Shown here in pieces: positions 57,901 to 64,000 of a DNA stretch of 64,000 bases (positions are counted from its first letter, which is position 1; the number at the start of each line of letters is the position of its first letter). The notes beneath the pieces are model-generated. The model did not search any database. It had not been told where the DNA came from and saw only the letters and a list, made by a program, of their open reading frames with translations. Position numbers and translations under genes: made by a program. Source of the DNA: Lepidodermella squamata (taxonomy: Eukaryota; Animalia; Gastrotricha); contig JBLDXI010000046.1 in NCBI GenBank assembly GCA_047495785.1, forward strand, positions 682,001-746,000, given 5' to 3'.

Positions 57901-60900
57901 GGAGGCTGATTTTATTTGACAATTTTTTAGGAATCAGAAAATGGCGTGAAGCCCGTTGATCCGTCGAGCCTAGTTGAACCGCCGACCAGCTTTGAGGTAC
58001 ATTAAGCTTGATATTTTTAGCTATTTTTATGATCTTGAGAAATCAGAGAGCGAGCTTGAAATATTTTACATAGTTTGGGTTCATAAATTACCGTAAATAC
58101 CGAACTATTAGGCAACAAGTCGAATGTGGGTTTTGGCGAATTTCTGAATTTTCTAGCAAATCGCAAAAATATGTTCACTCGAATTAGTACGATTCGTGGA
58201 TTCCGAGATGTTCTCACTAGGATTTTCTTGATGAATCAAAATTTTTCAATTTTAAGACCTAAAATGAGGTTCTAGCACTGAATATCAATGAGGCTTTGAC
58301 ACAGATTTGTAAACGGCTCGTGAAAATCGCTGCTTGTTGATGTTCTCCATCATTAATTCATATTTTTCACTAAAAAAATCAACATATCGTCAGAAAATTT
58401 TCCGCTAGATCTGACTTGACAGCCGTGTCCGCCAGGGTCTCATTGACTACCTGCTTCGTTTCTATGATTTTTAATGAGAAAATGGCGTAACAGTAACCTG
58501 GCTGGCTAATCGTTTGAATTCATTAGGATGAATCTATATTCGAAAAAATAGCGCGACTGAAATTTAGAACATGATGCGCCTTAGTACCTATTTGGGTATA
58601 CGTATTTCGAATTTTCCGACCAATTTCTTCATTCGCCGGAAAACCTGAGAAATTCGATTTTTTGGGTTGGCTGAAAAAAAATCGGCCATAAAAGGGTTGA
58701 TGAAAATTTTAATTTAATTTAACACTTTAAGCGCCGGGGTTTTTCACGTGTACCATTCCTGCAGCGCCGGGGTATTTTCGATGTACCTACCAAAACATTC
58801 GAACCCCAGATTATTATATTTTCTTGAAGTTCATTGAATTCTAAGATCATTGGTCAATCGTCGCATTTACACTACACTGTAAAAAAAAGTTCGCTATTTA
58901 GCACTTGGAATTTAGCACGGCCGGTTATTTAGAATAAAAAATAAAACAATTTCGAATCGCTAAATACCAGAAAAATATTTAGAATAATCGGGGGTTATTT
59001 ATCCTGAGTAAAATAGGGCAAAATGGGGTTTAGAGAGCTCAAAAATAGGTGACTAAGAAAACAGGCCTTTTTATACTTTTTACCCAAAATTTGGTATTTA
59101 TCACCGATAATTTCATTTTTCGGTAATTAGAAGCTTCAATTTAAATTTTTAGGCTAAATAGGAGGCTCCCAGGGTCCTAATTGCCCGAGTAAAAGTCGGT
59201 TATTTAGCGGCTAAATTGCGAACTTTTTTTTATAGTGTAGACTACCCATAATTATCCAAGTTAATTATTTTCACTGTTGCGCAATCATTTTTCAAGAAAG
59301 CGTGGTTTTATCCAATTTTAATTCAAATTTAAAATATTTACCAAATAAGCGAGTCTGCTCGAAAAGAATTACCTCAAAATTAGCGCGATTGAGGTCTATG
59401 CGTACCTAGAACCTTGGTTGAAATTTGCTGTGAAAATTATTCGAATTTTTGACAATTTTTCCCGAGGAAAATTAGTGAAAGAAAATTCGAAAATTGAAAT
59501 TTAAAATCGTAATTTGACAATTTTAGATTGCGCATCAAAATTGATGAAATTGAGGTGCGATGTTGTCATATTTTAGGCAACATTATTAGACCAAACTTTA
59601 ATAAAATTCGATTCGTTTGGCTGCGCCAAACTCACTCGGGGTTCCAGATCGGGGGGAAATTATATTTCTCCATGGTTTGCCATAGAGTATTCCCTTATTC
59701 CCTGATGCCGCTAAATGTGAGTTTTAAACCGCCTTGCAGTGACTACGTTACAGGGCCCAATTAAAATTCACAAAAATAAAAGCAGTAGCGCTCGTTTGAG
59801 TTTTAGTAAACATGATGACGCAACAGCCAAAGTAATCAACATCGATAATTACGAAGTAGCTCGTGTAAATGCGACGAATGTCCCGAATTTTTCTGACCCA
59901 TCCTTATTACGTAATAGCTAAAAAACGCTTACTCACCTATGAGTATATGGCATCAGGCTCTTTTAATGAATGCCTTTTGAGCTTTAAGGCCATATACTCA
60001 CATATGAGTATATGGCCTTAAAGCTCAAAATTACTATACACACCTATGAGTATTTAGCGCTAGCTTGGAAACATTACAAAACTAAATTTTGCAGCAATCA
60101 TGTGGTTTTAAGGTTTTTCTGTTGAAAAGACACTACAAGAGATTTTTTGGAATTTTTTCCCTTGGAAAGCGTGATCTCTAAAAATAGGCTGATATACTGA
60201 AAAAATACTTTGAAACATGGCGCATCTCATGGAGGAGAAATAAAAAAATTGGCTAGTTGTAGAAATCGATAATCGATAGATAATCGATGATCGATAATCG
60301 ATAATCAGTGATTTCTTCGGGAAGGAATGAGTATAAAGTGATTTTGACTTCAGATTTGAGTTCTACGGGTGTTATTTGGTCTTGTTGGAGCAACGACGGA
60401 TTTTTTAGAAGCACAGGTCTCATGCAAAAAAATCGCAAAAAAGCAACACACTCGCCTAATCACATATGAGTATACGGCGATATCCTGCAAATTTGAGGCT
60501 ACTCATATGCGAGTATATGGCTATATTCTGCAAATTCGAGAATACTCACCTATGAGTATATGGCCGTTAAAGTGTTAAATTGTCCCAGGTAATGATTTAA
60601 GTAAACTATGTATATCGCGTTCAAGATTTTCGTTGGATAAATCTGATAGGCTTTCAGATCTTGAATATTTACTTGAGTGATGACACTTGGCATTTTTTAT
60701 TTTTCTATAGCCTCCAGCAGCGTCAGATGGCAGCGAGGACTACAGCTATTCAAAGGATAAAGATCTAGCATTTCAGACGCAATTTGCGGACGGCCAAGGT
60801 GTTCTGGTGAGTTCCGAGACCTCGCCCACATCTGCTGGTTTCCCTCCGATGATCGGGTTACCCGTCGCGCAGTCGAACCCCAGCCAACCTGGGCCGTCAA

Positions 60901-63900
60901 CTAGCAAGCCTTCAACATTGCTACCCGTTCAGAAGAAAGTCAGAAGCTTCCCGAACAAGCGCGGCTCGCAAATGAGGCTCGGGCCGAAGTCTCACGCGCC
61001 TTCAAAATCGCAAATCAAAAATCACAAATCGCCGCGTCATCGGGCTAAGGCGGTTAGTTTTCTTGTTCAGCTTCAACTCATTTGAGTAATATATATTTGT
61101 TATTTTTAGGCTGTACTAGACAACGGCTCGGCATCATCGAATTCAACTTCAGGGGAAGAGTGCACGGTTCGTTTTTTAAGATTTAGATTTTTAGATTGCT
61201 ACTCGCTGTTTTCGCCGTTTGGACGCTAATTAACCGACTTTTGCTCGGGTATTTGGGACCCTGGGAGCCTCTTATTTAACCTAAAAATTTAAATTGAAGC
61301 TTTTTGTTACCAAAAAAATGAAATTTGCAGTGACGAATTGCAAGTTTCGGGTAAAAAGTATAAAAAAGCCGGGATTACACGGGATCCGGGTATCGCTTCA
61401 ACCTGGGTGTCCGGTGGTTACTGGTTGACGCCCCTGTCTTGATCTTGAGACTAAGACAGTAAGGTCTTGATGAGCTTCTCTGCCAAATTGCGCAATTAGA
61501 GCGTTGATTACGTAATAATGGCGAACCCGGCCGGTACTCGCCAGCCCTGCTTAAAACGTGGCGGAATCGTTTTACCCAATCGATTAGACGTCTTTACACA
61601 AGCCAACAATGTGCTCAAATTCTAACTATTATTTAAAGTTATTAGCTCTAAAATGGGTCCAAAGGTCACTCGCAAAACATGGGTCAAGTTTAGGCCTGTT
61701 TTGTAGAATTTATAGAAATTCAACGTGAGCTCATCAATTAATGAAAAATATACAGGTAACCGTGGGATACTGATATCAAGCCCCAGGATTTTACCTGAAA
61801 TTTTCAGAGTTCACCCTGATTTTTGAAGAAGTTTTGCAAGTCGGCCTCGTTTGTCAACCGTGATACATTAGTGAGTAATCAAGCAGTGAATTGTGGTAGC
61901 TACTAAGGTGTTGGAAACCCATTGATATGCAAGTATAACGTGTTCAAATTTTGCAAGATTTTACGCGTTGATTGGCAATTTTCTCGAGCTTTTGGTTTTC
62001 ACCGCCAAAACTGAGTAAACATGGATCTAGAGACGTGTCTTTTTTGCAAAAAAATATCACGAGTTGACGCATTCGTTCTAACACGAGTCGGTCCGGTAGC
62101 TAAATTGTCAAGACTGTGCGAGAAGTGGTCGAAATCGTCCTATCGGCCCAGCTGATTTCAGGCGATTTTTTTAACACCCTGATTTCTACATCAGATGCTT
62201 TTAACTTGGGATTTTCTGATTCTAAATTACTCCCGAGAGGTCGCTAACATCCCTCGTCACCGATGACACTGACAACAGCCAGCCTAGAAAGTTTTCAAAA
62301 GTCAGTATTCAGATCAGAATTCAGCTTTCTGCGCGAGAGTTTTGAAGCTCAAGAACGCGCTCCGACTTTGTAAGTCTGGGCCATAGAGAAAAAAATGACC
62401 AGAGTAAGCACTCAAGCTAAAATTTTGATCTGCATTATTATAGAAGTGCTTTCTCAAAACGGATATCTCCGTTTTTCTCCAAATTTTGCGTGCCTGTAGA
62501 ACGCGAGCTGCTCTTTCACGTGGTTTAAGATTTGAGGCGGGCGATTGCTGCTCAGTCTTGATCTCATCAAAATTAATGAAACCATAGTGAAAAAGAGGTT
62601 TTTGTATCGTAACAACGGTTGGGTTGCCCACCTCAAATCTTATACAACGTGAAAGAGCAGCTCGCGTTCTATAGGCATGCAAAATTTGGAGAAAAACAGA
62701 GATATCCATTTTGAGAAAGTCAACTTTGAATAAAAATGGAGATTTAGAAATTTTAGCTTGAGTGCTTACTCTGGTCATTTTTTCTCTATGTTCTGGGCCT
62801 ATTTCGACCATATAACTAAAATCAGGTTGGCGCTGTTATCTTTTGTCAAAAGCTGAAACAAATGTGCGCATTGTCAATGAGACTATGCCGGACTGCAGTA
62901 TTTTTTTGTTTGACCAGATTATAAAATGGGGATACCTTAATTTAAATTTGAAAAAAATTGAGATTTCCCTCCTTTGGTTCAAAACGGTGTGAGATAACGG
63001 TCTGGTTGTTTAAAATTCTTGTCCATCTTAATATACTATTGGAATAATATTTGTTATTTTTAGGCTGATTCAGGACAAGGCTCTTCATCATCGAATTCAG
63101 CCGGAGGTTCGGACAAACCGGTTCGTTTTTTCTATTTTGACTTTTTTTTAAATTGTGTCACATTTCGAGACAAGTGCATGAAGTGGCCATGATATCTGGG
63201 GTCTATTGGTGGAAACATCAGAATGACGGAGATATCGTAGATAGAAGAGACAATGTTTGCTCATTTTGAGAAATATTTGAAATTTAAAAAAAAATTCGCC
63301 TAGAAAAAATAATTTGTAAACGTCATTGACGCAAACAATCGGAAGTTCTTTACGGCTATGCCCCTTCTAGAAAAGTTTGAATTTTCCAAGAATTATAGAA
63401 AGATTGTACGAATTGTAAATAATTCGCACGATGTTCCGGGATTGATCAATGATTATTTATCAATTCTAAGAAATCCAGACAGGCAAGAGTAAGCCTTGAG
63501 CTCGCTTTTCCCGTCGCTGCAAGTATCCGAAGGTTTCCGAAGATACACTATTTACTTTGCGGCGGTCATGTACCAGCGAGAGATCTTCTTGAAAAATTCG
63601 AAAGTTCGCTCTTTGCTAATGCCCTTATCTCTTTTTCAGGTAGGCGACTTCGATGAAGAATACGTGCACTACAGACTGCACCTTGAGGAATCTCCATCTC
63701 GTTTCTATCCACACACTTGTCTCATTTTGCCAATGATCCTCTTCCTGGCTCAACAAAAAAAGCTGAAGGATTTCTACTACAAAGAGATCCAGATGCTTGT
63801 CATAAAGATCGACAAATGTGTCAGGAAGAAGCACGGACAAAAGGAAGGCAAGGAGTACCCTGATTCGGCTTGCCTGCCCAAAGACATCAAGAAGTATTTC

Positions 63901-64000
63901 CCATCTCTGGCGGTTAGGGAAGCAAGAGGAACAGGTAAAATGGGTCCCGATACTTCGCGCCTGGCGAACATCGCTACTGATGAAATGATGGCTCAATATT
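54976..64000 (+). CDS. Uncharacterised multi-(micro)exon gene, runs off the window; 5' exon chain unresolved
   Basis: Many short AG..GT-bounded open segments, e.g. 57241-57294, 57845-57879, 57931-57997, 60710-61052, 61110-61166, 63064-63120 and 63640-64000 (VGDFDEEYVHY...). I could not close the frame cleanly around 55150-55400. Confidence 0.5.
58723..60574. mobile_element. TTAA-flanked (piggyBac-like) non-autonomous element with internal palindromic repeats TACTCA(C)(C/A)TATGAGTA
   Basis: TTAA|CACTTTAAGCGCC ... GGCCGTTAAAGTG|TTAA; repeats at about 59930-60055 and 60460-60560. Confidence 0.65.
58875..59237. mobile_element. Nested MITE with CACT(G/A)TAAAAAAAAGTTCGC TIRs
   Basis: TA|CACTGTAAAAAAAAGTTCGC.ATTTAGC ... 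GCTAAATTGCGAACTTTTTTTTATAGTG|TA; an internal part recurs inverted at about 61230-61370. Confidence 0.75.
62380..62790. mobile_element. Foldback/MITE with long inverted arms (copy 2, opposite orientation)
   Basis: Same termini and interior as 5171-5583. Confidence 0.85.

Noticed and set aside
59930-60560. Repeated palindromic TACTCACCTATGAGTA units as a CRISPR-like array
   Set aside because: Irregular spacing and orientation, located in the subterminal region of a TTAA-flanked transposon, eukaryotic context, no cas genes.
62314-62811. 165-aa ORF repeated at 5281-5664
   Set aside because: Chance ORFs within the palindromic MITE; no transposase motifs.

Overview
Eukaryotic genomic DNA, most likely from a compact-genome invertebrate. 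It has GT-AG introns of about 50 nt, many TTTCAG/TTTTAG acceptors and the standard code. I found no rRNA, CRISPR or prokaryotic operon signals. The window falls into three zones. (i) 1-20 kb: a two-domain LamG-like secreted gene, a coiled-coil gene, a microbial-type 2OG-Fe(II) oxygenase and an SLC36-type amino-acid transporter. The large introns of the last two hold TE relics: a Penelope GIY-YIG end with a hammerhead ribozyme, a LINE RT between perfect inverted repeats, an OTU relic and MITEs. (ii) 21-53 kb: a dense, mostly minus-strand island of about 18 genes, nearly all with signal peptides. It contains two PAN/Apple-CAP fusions, four copies of a helical 4-Cys family I do not recognise, a Ly6/three-finger protein, a second double-LamG gene, a secreted and GPI-type PPPDE peptidase, a pepsin-like protease, a signal-peptide ankyrin protein, an SDR, two divergent ICK/knottin toxin-like genes (one absent from the ORF track), three oomycete/bacterial-like CAP genes, a mucin and another secreted protein. 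(iii) 53-64 kb: LINE relics, nested MITEs and a micro-exon-rich uncharacterised gene. The best candidate for an undescribed system is the secreted effector/toxin-like island. All gene models were spliced by hand and need RNA-seq. No database searches were run, so family assignments rest on recalled motifs.
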